A program made the translations under genes and the position numbers. Below are positions 1 through 9,542 of a stretch of 64,000 bases of DNA, in pieces. The stretch is from Gammaproteobacteria bacterium (GTDB lineage: Bacteria > Pseudomonadota > Gammaproteobacteria > HyVt-429). Location of the stretch: the NCBI GenBank assembly GCA_013152415.1, contig JAADGI010000034.1, positions 13,364 through 77,363 on the forward strand. Direction: 5' to 3'. Positions within the stretch are counted from its first letter, which is position 1. Each line of letters begins with the position of its first letter. Under the pieces are notes generated by a model. It saw only the letters and a list, made by a program, of their open reading frames with translations, was not told the DNA's origin and did not search any database.

Positions 1-101
1 GCCAGACCATCCACACGCATCTGATATTGCGTCCCGGCGGCAAGCGCCGAATGACTCCAGACCAGGGTTATCAATAGCAATGCCATTAGCTTTTTCATCA
101 T
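1..101 (-). CDS. Partial CDS (N-terminus only): secreted protein, possibly a periplasmic heavy-metal-associated (HMA) domain protein
   Basis: Reverse strand has AGAGGTAAC then ATGATG at 101. Translation MMKKLMALLLITLVWSHSALAAGTQYQMRVDGL is a signal peptide followed by an xxVDGL start typical of HMA domains. The CxxC motif would lie outside the window. Confidence 0.35.
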   Translation of the reverse strand, partial: MMKKLMALLLITLVWSHSALAAGTQYQMRVDGL

Positions 102-148
102 GTTACCTCTTAACTTTGAAATTTTGATTTCTAAAAAACTGTTCAGGT

Positions 149-991
149 CTACAGATGCCATTCAAAAACCACTTTGGCACGATAATCGGTTTCCTTTTGA
201 TCGCCATTTAAATCCTGATAGATGGGAATCTGCACCCCGGCCTTGATGGCAAAATTGCGCTTGGTCCAGAAGATGCCGGGGGATAGAAACACCTCTGTAC
301 CACCGGTGTTGCCAAGCTCAAATCCATTACGTTCCGCCCGCTGGCCAAGTTCACCATTGAGCTCCAGTAGCCAAACCGTATCCGGTTCCAGATAACCGGT
401 GAGTTTGGGGCGGATCCCTCCCACCAGGTCCAACAATATCTTGTCACCACGGCGCAGACCCGCAGCATTGGTGCCGTTTTTCCGATAACGTGCACCGGCC
501 CAGTGGTACCACTTGCGACTTTCATACCCATAGGCCAAGCCAAAAATGGCGTCGGTGCTACCCGTACCCAAGGCCGGTGTGTCCTTGTTAGCAGCAGTGT
601 TGGCCTTGAGCTTGAGCAATACCGTGGCACTCCTTTGCAGGCCGAGAGAGTCCTTGCGCCAGAATCGATATTTGGTGAACAGGCTTGCATCACCAAGCCC
701 GGATGAGGATTTATCCCCTTTCAAGGCCCGTGCATAGGGCAGCTCAATACCGGCGGCCCAGTCACCGGTAATACCGTAGGTCAGCTCCAGGCCCAGCTCG
801 GTATCTCGATCACCACCTTTTTTGCGGGTATGGATCTCCGGGGCGATCTCGACACCCCCCTTAAACAACACATGGGGACCAATACCAAAAACCGGATCGT
901 GCGCCTCGGCCACACCATTCACTAGAAAGGTGGCCAAACCCAACCCGTACAGGCCTGTTTTAAATTGATTCACTACAACTCTCCTGCTCAT
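149..991 (-). CDS. Outer-membrane beta-barrel protein (resembles the MetA-pathway/transporter-type OM channel family)
   Basis: ORF 149..1150. The internal Met at 991 gives signal peptide MSRRVVVNQFKTGLYGLGLATFLVNGVAEA. Alternating hydrophobic strands and an aromatic-rich C-terminus (VVFEWHL). Confidence 0.55.
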   Translation of the reverse strand: MSRRVVVNQFKTGLYGLGLATFLVNGVAEAHDPVFGIGPHVLFKGGVEIAPEIHTRKKGGDRDTELGLELTYGITGDWAAGIELPYARALKGDKSSSGLGDASLFTKYRFWRKDSLGLQRSATVLLKLKANTAANKDTPALGTGSTDAIFGLAYGYESRKWYHWAGARYRKNGTNAAGLRRGDKILLDLVGGIRPKLTGYLEPDTVWLLELNGELGQRAERNGFELGNTGGTEVFLSPGIFWTKRNFAIKAGVQIPIYQDLNGDQKETDYRAKVVFEWHL

Positions 992-1136
992 CGACAAGGG
1001 GACAACGCGTGTTGTGTGCTCTGGCAATCTGGAGTGGGCTCCAGGTTCCACGTTAAATACCGATTTCAATTGGAACAGGTGAGATACTCGCCCCTGGAGT
1101 CGACTCCAGGTCAAGGGGAACTTAGCCCAGGATACC

Positions 1137-1160
1137 AAGTCCGTACTCAAGTACGGACTT
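1137..1160. promoter_or_regulatory. MerR-operator-like perfect palindrome between the OM-barrel gene and merR
   Basis: AAGTCCGTAC-TCAA-GTACGGACTT, 10-bp arms with a 4-bp spacer. It shares the TCCGTAC-N4-GTACGGA core of classical mer operators. On the minus strand it is flanked by TTAAGT and TATCCT. Confidence 0.7.
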
Positions 1161-1193
1161 AAATCTCAATGTGGAGAAAGCAACGGGTTCACT

Positions 1194-1598
1194 ATGGATG
1201 ATTCAAAATTGACCATTGGCCGTTTGGCGCAGATTGTAGGCGTGAATGTAGAGACCGTTCGCTACTATCAACGCCTGGGGATCATCAACGAACCCCCTAA
1301 ACCAATCCAAGGCTACAGGACATACCCACCACAAGTGGTAGATCGGCTTAGTTTTATAAAACGTGCCCAACGGCTGGGTTTCAGCTTGCAGGAAATTTCG
1401 GAATTACTTGAACTGGGTGATGGCCACTGCGATGACGTGCGTCAACGTGCGGAGGCGAAACGCGCTACGATCGATAAACAGATTGCTGACCTAAAAACAC
1501 TGCGCACGAAGATAAACGAACTAATCCAAGCATGTCATAGCGGCCGCGACACCACCCATTGCGCCATCGTCCAGACCCTGGCAAAAAAGCACAACTAA
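1194..1598 (+). CDS. merR: Hg(II)-responsive MerR-family transcriptional regulator
   Basis: N-terminal HTH LTIGRLAQIVGVNVETVRYYQRLG. One Cys in GDGHCDD plus a C-x8-C pair (ACHSGRDTTHCA), matching the three-Cys Hg site spacing of MerR. Confidence 0.85.
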   Translation: MDDSKLTIGRLAQIVGVNVETVRYYQRLGIINEPPKPIQGYRTYPPQVVDRLSFIKRAQRLGFSLQEISELLELGDGHCDDVRQRAEAKRATIDKQIADLKTLRTKINELIQACHSGRDTTHCAIVQTLAKKHN

Positions 1599-2728
1599 TG
1601 GCCCGCCTGTATGTGCAGGTTGTCAGGGCAACATTCTGCATAGGATTGAACTCCCGGGCGCTGCTCGTACCAACCCACGCTACGGTTAATGAGCTTTACC
1701 GCCAATAGCATTACCGGGACTTCAATTAACACACCCACTACCGTGGCCAATGCCGCTCCCGACTCAAAACCAAATAGCGCAATAGCAGTGGCAACAGCCA
1801 GTTCAAAAAAATTGCTGGCACCGATGAGAGCGGATGGCCCGGCCACGCAGTGCGGTGAGCGCAGCGCACGATTTAGCAAATAGGCCAGGCCAGAATTAAA
1901 AAATACCTGGACCAGAATAGGTATCGCCAATAAAGCGATAATCAGGGGTTGAGTGATAATTTGCTTACCCTGGAATCCGAATAGCAACACCAATGTAGTG
2001 AGCAATGCGACCAAGGAAACCGGGTGCAGGCGATCAAGCACACGCTGTAGACGAGCTTGGCCATGCTCGTGTTTTAATAACCATCCTCGCCAAAGATTAG
2101 CGACCATCAACGGCACGACAATATAAACCAGCACCGATAGCAGCAAGGTGTCCCAAGGGACGGTGATGGCAGACAACCCCAGCAACAACCCGACCACCGG
2201 GGCAAAGGCAAAAATCATAATCACATCGTTGAGCGCCACCTGTGACAAGGTAAAGTGGGGCTCACCCTTTGACAGATGACTCCACACGAAGACCATGGCG
2301 GTACAGGGTGCAGCGGCGAGGATAATAAGTCCGGCAATGTAACTGTCGATTTGTTCTGCGGGTAACATGGGACGAAATAACCAGCCGATAAATAGCCAGG
2401 CCAAAGCCGCCATGGAAAATGGCTTGACCGCCCAGTTTACAAACAGAGTCACACCAACCCCACGCCAATGTTGGCTTACACCCTTAAGGGCCCGCAAGTC
2501 GACCTTGAGCAGCATGGGAATAACCATGAGCCACACCAGTCCTGCCACTGGCAGATTGACCTGGGCCACTTCCAAATTACCCACGACCTGAAACGTAGCA
2601 TTAAAAAAATGCCCCAGTGTGATGCCCGCAAGGATACACAGAAATACCCAAGCACTGAGGTAGCGCTCAAAGAATCCTATTTCGGTGGCGGAGGTTTTAT
2701 CGGCGACAGTTTCGCGTTGTGTACCCAT
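1595..2728 (-). CDS. acr3: Arsenite efflux permease, ACR3 family
   Basis: 377-aa polytopic membrane protein with an ACR3-like N-terminus (FFERYLSAWVFLCILAGITLGHFF). Last gene of an arsR-arsC operon. Confidence 0.85.
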   Translation of the reverse strand: MGTQRETVADKTSATEIGFFERYLSAWVFLCILAGITLGHFFNATFQVVGNLEVAQVNLPVAGLVWLMVIPMLLKVDLRALKGVSQHWRGVGVTLFVNWAVKPFSMAALAWLFIGWLFRPMLPAEQIDSYIAGLIILAAAPCTAMVFVWSHLSKGEPHFTLSQVALNDVIMIFAFAPVVGLLLGLSAITVPWDTLLLSVLVYIVVPLMVANLWRGWLLKHEHGQARLQRVLDRLHPVSLVALLTTLVLLFGFQGKQIITQPLIIALLAIPILVQVFFNSGLAYLLNRALRSPHCVAGPSALIGASNFFELAVATAIALFGFESGAALATVVGVLIEVPVMLLAVKLINRSVGWYEQRPGVQSYAECCPDNLHIQAGH

Positions 2729-2745
2729 GGGTGTCTCCGTATTAC

Positions 2746-3153
2746 TTAAAAGTTTTGTATCAGGGTTGTGACCCGACTGCGGATTTCATCCCGACTGGCA
2801 CGAAAAACACCCATGACTTCCTCATCGCTACCCGTTGCCTTGGCCGGGTCATCCAGTGGCCAGTGCTCCTTATGGGTGCCAACCGGTAATGCCGGGCAAT
2901 GCTCATCCGCATGACCGCATACCGTTAGCACAAGATCCGCCCATTCCAGCATCGTGCCCGTGAGTTGGGTCGATTCCTGACAGGAAATATCGACTCCCGC
3001 TTCTTTCATCACGGCGATAGCCCGTGGGTTCTTGCCATGGGCCTTGATACCCGCCGAGCAGACTTCCAGATCATCGCCACCCAAGTGACGTGCCCAGCCC
3101 TCTGCCATCTGTGAACGACAGGCGTTGCCGGTACACAAAAACAATAATTTCAT
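2746..3153 (-). CDS. arsC: Arsenate reductase, LMW-PTPase (thioredoxin-coupled) type
   Basis: MKLLFLCTGNACRSQMAEGW P-loop (CX5R) plus a downstream Cys pair in VCGHADEHCP. Confidence 0.9.
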   Translation of the reverse strand: MKLLFLCTGNACRSQMAEGWARHLGGDDLEVCSAGIKAHGKNPRAIAVMKEAGVDISCQESTQLTGTMLEWADLVLTVCGHADEHCPALPVGTHKEHWPLDDPAKATGSDEEVMGVFRASRDEIRSRVTTLIQNF

Positions 3154-3174
3154 CGTGTTTTTCTGCCTTGTAGT

Positions 3175-3528
3175 TTATGCACAGCACGCTGCGCTGGGCC
3201 GATTGGGCATCTCTGCCAACATCACATGGTCGCCAATAAAGGGCTCATGCTTACTTACGCCCTCAAGGGTCGCCTCAATCACTGACTGCGCCCAAGCCGG
3301 TAATTCTGGATGCAGTCGGTAATAAATCCACAGCCCTTCACGACGGTCGAGCACAATACCGGCCTCGCGCAACGAGGCCAGATGTCGTGACACCTTGGGC
3401 TGAGAAAGACCCAATGCATGGGTCAACTCACAGACGCACAGTTCACCTTCCGCCTGCATCAAAAGCAGGCAACGCAGCCGGGTCGTATCGGCAAGAAGCT
3501 TGAAGAAACGGTGCGACTGAATGTTCAT
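3175..3528 (-). CDS. arsR: ArsR/SmtB-family metalloregulator
   Basis: ORF 3175..3591, with the likely start at MNIQSH (3528). ELCVCEL metal-site motif and wHTH LSQPKVSRHLASLREAGIV. Confidence 0.85.
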   Translation of the reverse strand: MNIQSHRFFKLLADTTRLRCLLLMQAEGELCVCELTHALGLSQPKVSRHLASLREAGIVLDRREGLWIYYRLHPELPAWAQSVIEATLEGVSKHEPFIGDHVMLAEMPNRPSAACCA

Positions 3529-3553
3529 GTGGGCAATATACGTCAATCCATAT

Positions 3554-3575
3554 ATATACACAACCATATGTATAT
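3554..3575. promoter_or_regulatory. Inverted repeat upstream of arsR (candidate ArsR operator)
   Basis: ATATACA-N8-TGTATAT lies 26-47 bp upstream of the arsR start. Assigning it to ArsR is inference. Confidence 0.3.
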
Positions 3576-3590
3576 CTAAAAATACACACA

Positions 3591-3622
3591 TTGACTCCGT
3601 ACCCTGGTACGGAGTCTATCCT
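3591..3622 (+). promoter_or_regulatory. merT promoter with embedded MerR operator
   Basis: TTGACT (-35), a 19-20 bp over-long spacer holding the perfect palindrome GACTCCGTAC-CCTG-GTACGGAGTC (3593..3616), then TATCCT (-10). This is the classic MerR-type promoter layout, 34 bp before merT. Confidence 0.8.
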
Positions 3623-3655
3623 TGCCATGAATTGTGACGAACAGGAGAAATAGCC

Positions 3656-4015
3656 ATGCCGAAAAATGCACACGCGACACCCCGCCGCTCTTTGTTCGCG
3701 GCAGGTATTGCCGCAATCGGGGCCTCGCTGTGTTGCGTCGCCCCCCTGGTGTTACTGGCTCTGGGAATCGGTGGCGCCTGGATCAGCACCCTCACCGCAC
3801 TGGAACCTTACCGGCCCATCTTTATCGGCGTGGTCCTGGTGTTTCTCGGGCTGGCATTCCACAAACTCTATATTGCCCCGAGAAAATGCGCAGCCGGTGA
3901 TGCCTGTGCGGTTCCCGGTACATTGCGTAATCAGCGCATCATCTTCTGGACCGTCACGCTGGTACTCGCCGCCCTGGTGGCCTTCCCCTGGTACGGGCTG
4001 GCCCTGCTCGGCTAA
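3656..4015 (+). CDS. merT: Mercuric ion transport protein MerT
   Basis: 119 aa with three TM helices. CC pair in TM1 (ASLCCVAPL) and a second Cys pair (RKCAAGDAC). Confidence 0.9.
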   Translation: MPKNAHATPRRSLFAAGIAAIGASLCCVAPLVLLALGIGGAWISTLTALEPYRPIFIGVVLVFLGLAFHKLYIAPRKCAAGDACAVPGTLRNQRIIFWTVTLVLAALVAFPWYGLALLG

Positions 4016-4069
4016 ATACACAAAAACTTTCAAAACTCCACGTTACACAAACCCAAGTTGAGGAGAATT

Positions 4070-4387
4070 ATGATGCCCAAGTTCCTGTTATCTTTTGCCC
4101 TGCTCAGTTTCATCGCCACCGCGAATATGTTGATGACCGCCCAGGCCGATGAAACCAAACCGGCTACTGAAACCAAAACTATCACCCTGGACGTTCAGAA
4201 TATGACCTGTGCCCTATGCCCACTCACCGTGCGCAAATCTCTGGAGAAGGTTGAGGGAGTGATCAAGGCCGAGGCAAGCTTCGATACCAAGACTGCCACG
4301 GTCACCTTTAATCCCGCCAAGACCACGCTTGAAGCGCTTACCCAAGCCACCACCAATGCCGGCTATCCATCAAAACTGAAGGAATAA
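4070..4387 (+). CDS. merP: Periplasmic mercury-binding protein MerP
   Basis: GAGGAG RBS before the ATG at 4070. Signal peptide, then HMA motif NMTCALCPLTV. Confidence 0.9.
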   Translation: MMPKFLLSFALLSFIATANMLMTAQADETKPATETKTITLDVQNMTCALCPLTVRKSLEKVEGVIKAEASFDTKTATVTFNPAKTTLEALTQATTNAGYPSKLKE

Positions 4388-4392
4388 GCTGA

Positions 4393-5844
<1,452 letters not shown>

Positions 5845-5919
5845 AGACTCAAAACCCCTCTTTCCGGCCCCATCGTGGTGCAGCCTAAGTCGCCATCAAA
5901 ATCAGCATCCCATCCAGAT

Positions 5920-6975
5920 TCAGTATACTGGGGTGGATTCCGGGCTGAACACCCTCTTGCGTATCATGCTGTGATATCCCGCCCCATGGTATCTGGAAAA
6001 AACGTCATAAATCCAGGCACGTGAGCGATCGAGTTGCCGCCGATCCACCAAGGATAGCGCAACATCACAATATTCACCTGCATCGACCATCACCACATCA
6101 CCCCCCACCGCACCTTTTTTCTTGTCATTTTCGAGGAGCCTTTCAGTAATATACTCACTGTGCGCCTTGATCTCCTTATAACTCACACCTTTTGGGTTAA
6201 GCCGGATTTTAGCTTCAACAAAGACCATCTTCCAGGTTGTGCCCTCGTCATCATTACGCTCTATAATTTGGCCCCAAGGAAAATACCGCCCACGCGCATC
6301 TTTGTATTCTCTCTCCAGTCCGGCCAAATACTCCTCACTTTCATATTCGGCACGCTCTTGCATACATGCGGGTATCTCCAAGGGCTCCAATTGCGCAAGC
6401 TTGCTTGCCTTGGTAGCAAGGCCTCGGGCCCATTCGCGTTCGCTGCAAAGTTCATTTACCGCTTTCCATGCTGACAGTGCGCACACCTGATCTTCAATAA
6501 ATGCCTCACACCATGCTCGATCCACAGCACATTCTTTTACAAACTTTATGGCCCACGCGCTCGCATCAAATGTCCAATGCTGCTCCAGCAGGCCTTTGGC
6601 CCAATCCATAACCTGGGGGTTCCTCTTGGCCAGCGTATAAATACAGTCATACTCTCCAAATTTCCGTAACCGGCGCTCTAACAGGGGCTTTGCCCACATA
6701 ATTTTTTTTTGCTTCGCTTGCACCAATTCAAGTATCTCACGACCCGGCAATCTGCGATCTTGTTTGGCAATCGCACTCTCACGCTGACGCTTTAGTGCCT
6801 GCTCACGCATGGAATCGGTGATCACATCCCAGCTTTCTGACGCCAAGGATATACCACGCTTCTCAACCCTGGTGCGTTTTCTATGAGATTTAAGCAGATT
6901 GAAAAATCGGTCCATCAATGTGCCTTCATCTGCCTGATCAACACGAGAATTCTTGCTTGCGATATTAAGTTTCAT
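5920..6975 (-). CDS. Hypothetical protein (family not recognised; C-terminal D...EAK motif)
   Basis: ORF 5920..7008 with the first ATG at 6975 (MKLNIASK). Long uninterrupted ORF that no stronger ORF overlaps. Confidence 0.5.
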   Translation of the reverse strand: MKLNIASKNSRVDQADEGTLMDRFFNLLKSHRKRTRVEKRGISLASESWDVITDSMREQALKRQRESAIAKQDRRLPGREILELVQAKQKKIMWAKPLLERRLRKFGEYDCIYTLAKRNPQVMDWAKGLLEQHWTFDASAWAIKFVKECAVDRAWCEAFIEDQVCALSAWKAVNELCSEREWARGLATKASKLAQLEPLEIPACMQERAEYESEEYLAGLEREYKDARGRYFPWGQIIERNDDEGTTWKMVFVEAKIRLNPKGVSYKEIKAHSEYITERLLENDKKKGAVGGDVVMVDAGEYCDVALSLVDRRQLDRSRAWIYDVFSRYHGAGYHSMIRKRVFSPESTPVY

Positions 6976-7228
6976 GGCTTCATTTGTACTTAACAAATCG
7001 TGGCACACAGCCTGTAGCCAACGTATGGCTGCTCATATACAGCGAGTGGATGATCGGCAAAATATCAGATAGCCACAAAGATTTGTAGCGGCATGAACAA
7101 TCCCGATGTACGCACAGGCCCCATTACCACATTATACTTGCGGTTATAGTATCAGCGATTCACTGTATTTCTTGACATAATTAGTCAGGTATTATACAAC
7201 CCCATATACACCCTTCAGGAGTAACCCC

Positions 7229-7564
7229 ATGCAAGCACAAGTAAATGGCAGCACCATTCAACTCAGCGAGGCCGGTTGGCTCGAGAACCTTGATGAATGG
7301 AGTGAAGACTTGGCACATGAAATTGCCAAAAATGAAAAAATTTCGGATTTAACGGATGAACACTGGGACATCATCAATGCCGCCCGGTCCTATTTCGTGG
7401 AATATGGCACCGTGGCTGAACCACGTAGATTTTCCAAGATTATGAAAAAGAAATATGGAGACGACCGCAGCAGCCAGAAATATATTTATTCTCTGTTCCC
7501 GACCGGTCTGATTAAGTGTGCCAACAAGATCGCTGGGTTACCACGCCCCAAAGGTTGCAGTTAA
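7229..7564 (+). CDS. dsrC: DsrC/TusE-family sulfur relay protein
   Basis: 111 aa with AGGAG RBS. The C-terminal arm CANKIAGLPRPKGCS carries both conserved Cys residues, 10 residues apart. Confidence 0.85.
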   Translation: MQAQVNGSTIQLSEAGWLENLDEWSEDLAHEIAKNEKISDLTDEHWDIINAARSYFVEYGTVAEPRRFSKIMKKKYGDDRSSQKYIYSLFPTGLIKCANKIAGLPRPKGCS

Positions 7565-7627
7565 AGGCTGTTACTGCCCAGTGTGTGGTGGCAGCAGATT
7601 AACTCAGGGGAATAAAAGTTACCCGCT

Positions 7628-9430
7628 TCAGAGAGGACAATCCCGGATCACTTCGAGAAAGGCCCTGCCGTACCGCACAAGTTTTCGTTCGCCTACCCCA
7701 CCGACGACACGTAGTGCGGCTTCGCTATCCGGCCGCTGACTGGCCATTTCACACAAGGTGCTGTCATGAAAGATGACATAGGGCGGCACACCCTGTTCCC
7801 TGGCCAACCGCAGACGCAGCACCCGCAGCGCCTCAAACAGAGGCTGGTCCTGGGCTGACAAAACAATCGATGCCTTACGGGTTCCCTGAGCCTGCTTGGA
7901 CTCCCTTTTAGGCCGCAGGCGCAACTGTAGTTCCATCTCGCCACGCAACAAGGGCCGTGCCTTGGCCGTAAGCCCCAAGGCACCGTGGCCCTCGGGATCA
8001 ATATCCAGATAACCCTGGGCAATGAGCTGTCTAAAAATATCACGCCACTCCTGAGCCTTATGCTCACAACCTATGCCATAGGTGCTGATGCGGTGGTGAC
8101 GGTTGTTTTTGATACGCTCATCATCTTTGCCAATAAGTACATCGGTGGCATATTTGACACCGAAGCGTTGGCCGGTGCGATAGACACACGACAACGCCTT
8201 ACGCGCCGCCTCGGTACCATCCCAAGTGACAGGTGGATGCAAGCAATTGTCACAGTTACCGCAAGGCTCTGACAGATACTCATCGAAACAGGCCAGCAGC
8301 ACTTGACGCCGACAACCCGTTAATTCGCACAGTCCCAACATGGTCTCCAGTTTATGGTGGGCGATCCGTTTATATTGTTCGTTTGCATCCGTATCACTCA
8401 TCATCTGCCGCAGGGTAATGACATCCTGCAGGTTGTAAGCCATCCAGGCATTGGCAGGCTGCCCATCGCGACCGGCACGCCCGGTTTCCTGGTAGTAGGC
8501 CTCAAGGCTCTTGGGCAAATTCAGATGAGCGACGAAACGCACGTCCGGCTTGTCGATACCCATACCGAAAGCGATAGTGGCGACCATGATGACGCCGTCC
8601 TCACGCAAAAACCGCATCTGGTGCTGGCGGCGCATCTGCTCGGGTAGACCGGCATGGTAGGCCAGGGCCGTCCTGCCTTTTTGAGTTAGCCAGTCTGCCA
8701 CCTGCTCCACTTTCTTACGTGAAAGACAATACACGATGCCTGCATCATCTGTGTGTTCAGATTCAAGGAAGCGCCACAGTCGCTCACGAGGGTTATCACC
8801 CTCACTGATAGCGTAACGGATATTGGGCCGATCAAAGCTGTTGATGTAAACCTCGGCCTGCCCCAAGGCGAGTTGTTCGATAATTTCATCGCGTGTACGC
8901 CGATCCGCAGTGGCCGTCAGGGCGATACGCGGCACCTTGCTAAAGCGTTCGGCCAATACAGACAGCTTACGGTATTCAGGGCGGAAATCGTGCCCCCATT
9001 GGGACACGCAATGGGCCTCATCGATGGCAAACAAGGCCAGTGGTGTGCGCGTCAACAACGCCAACATGCGCGAACTTAGGAGCCGTTCCGGCGCGACATA
9101 CAACAGATCGAGCTCCCCGCCCAACAATGCCTGTTCGGTTGCCTGTTGTGTAGTGCTGTCCTGGGTGGAATTAAGAAAGGCCGCTCGCAATCCAAGCTGG
9201 GTGAGTGCATCAACCTGGTCCTGCATCAACGCGATCAGCGGCGACACAATAACGCCCACCCCATTGCGTAACAGTGCCGGTATCTGGTAACACAGCGACT
9301 TGCCACCACCGGTGGGCATCAACACCAACGCATCGCCACCTTCAATCAGAGTGTGAATGATATCCGCTTGATGGTGGCGGAAATCGTGATAGCCAAAGGT
9401 GTTATTGAGTATCTGACGTGCTTGTTTCAT
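7628..9430 (-). CDS. recQ: ATP-dependent DNA helicase RecQ
   Basis: Start at MKQARQILNNTFGYHDFR. Motifs LMPTGGGKSLCYQ and DEAH (AIDEAHCVSQWGHDFR), a Zn-finger Cys cluster and a C-terminal HRDC domain. Confidence 0.95.
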   Translation of the reverse strand: MKQARQILNNTFGYHDFRHHQADIIHTLIEGGDALVLMPTGGGKSLCYQIPALLRNGVGVIVSPLIALMQDQVDALTQLGLRAAFLNSTQDSTTQQATEQALLGGELDLLYVAPERLLSSRMLALLTRTPLALFAIDEAHCVSQWGHDFRPEYRKLSVLAERFSKVPRIALTATADRRTRDEIIEQLALGQAEVYINSFDRPNIRYAISEGDNPRERLWRFLESEHTDDAGIVYCLSRKKVEQVADWLTQKGRTALAYHAGLPEQMRRQHQMRFLREDGVIMVATIAFGMGIDKPDVRFVAHLNLPKSLEAYYQETGRAGRDGQPANAWMAYNLQDVITLRQMMSDTDANEQYKRIAHHKLETMLGLCELTGCRRQVLLACFDEYLSEPCGNCDNCLHPPVTWDGTEAARKALSCVYRTGQRFGVKYATDVLIGKDDERIKNNRHHRISTYGIGCEHKAQEWRDIFRQLIAQGYLDIDPEGHGALGLTAKARPLLRGEMELQLRLRPKRESKQAQGTRKASIVLSAQDQPLFEALRVLRLRLAREQGVPPYVIFHDSTLCEMASQRPDSEAALRVVGGVGERKLVRYGRAFLEVIRDCPL

Positions 9431-9542
9431 ATTGTGTTTCACAAATTTCCATTTACAGCACGAAAACGCCGTGAGCCTCAGCCTCGTATTTCTTGTTTTG
9501 ACATACTGATGAGTTACTAAGGAAAACGGAAGTTGCCCAACA

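Noticed and set aside
7172-7198. Sigma-70 promoter for dsrC (TTGACA ... TATACA).
   Set aside because: The spacer is only about 15 bp, and the alternative -10 (TATTAT) gives 12 bp. This is too uncertain to list as a feature.
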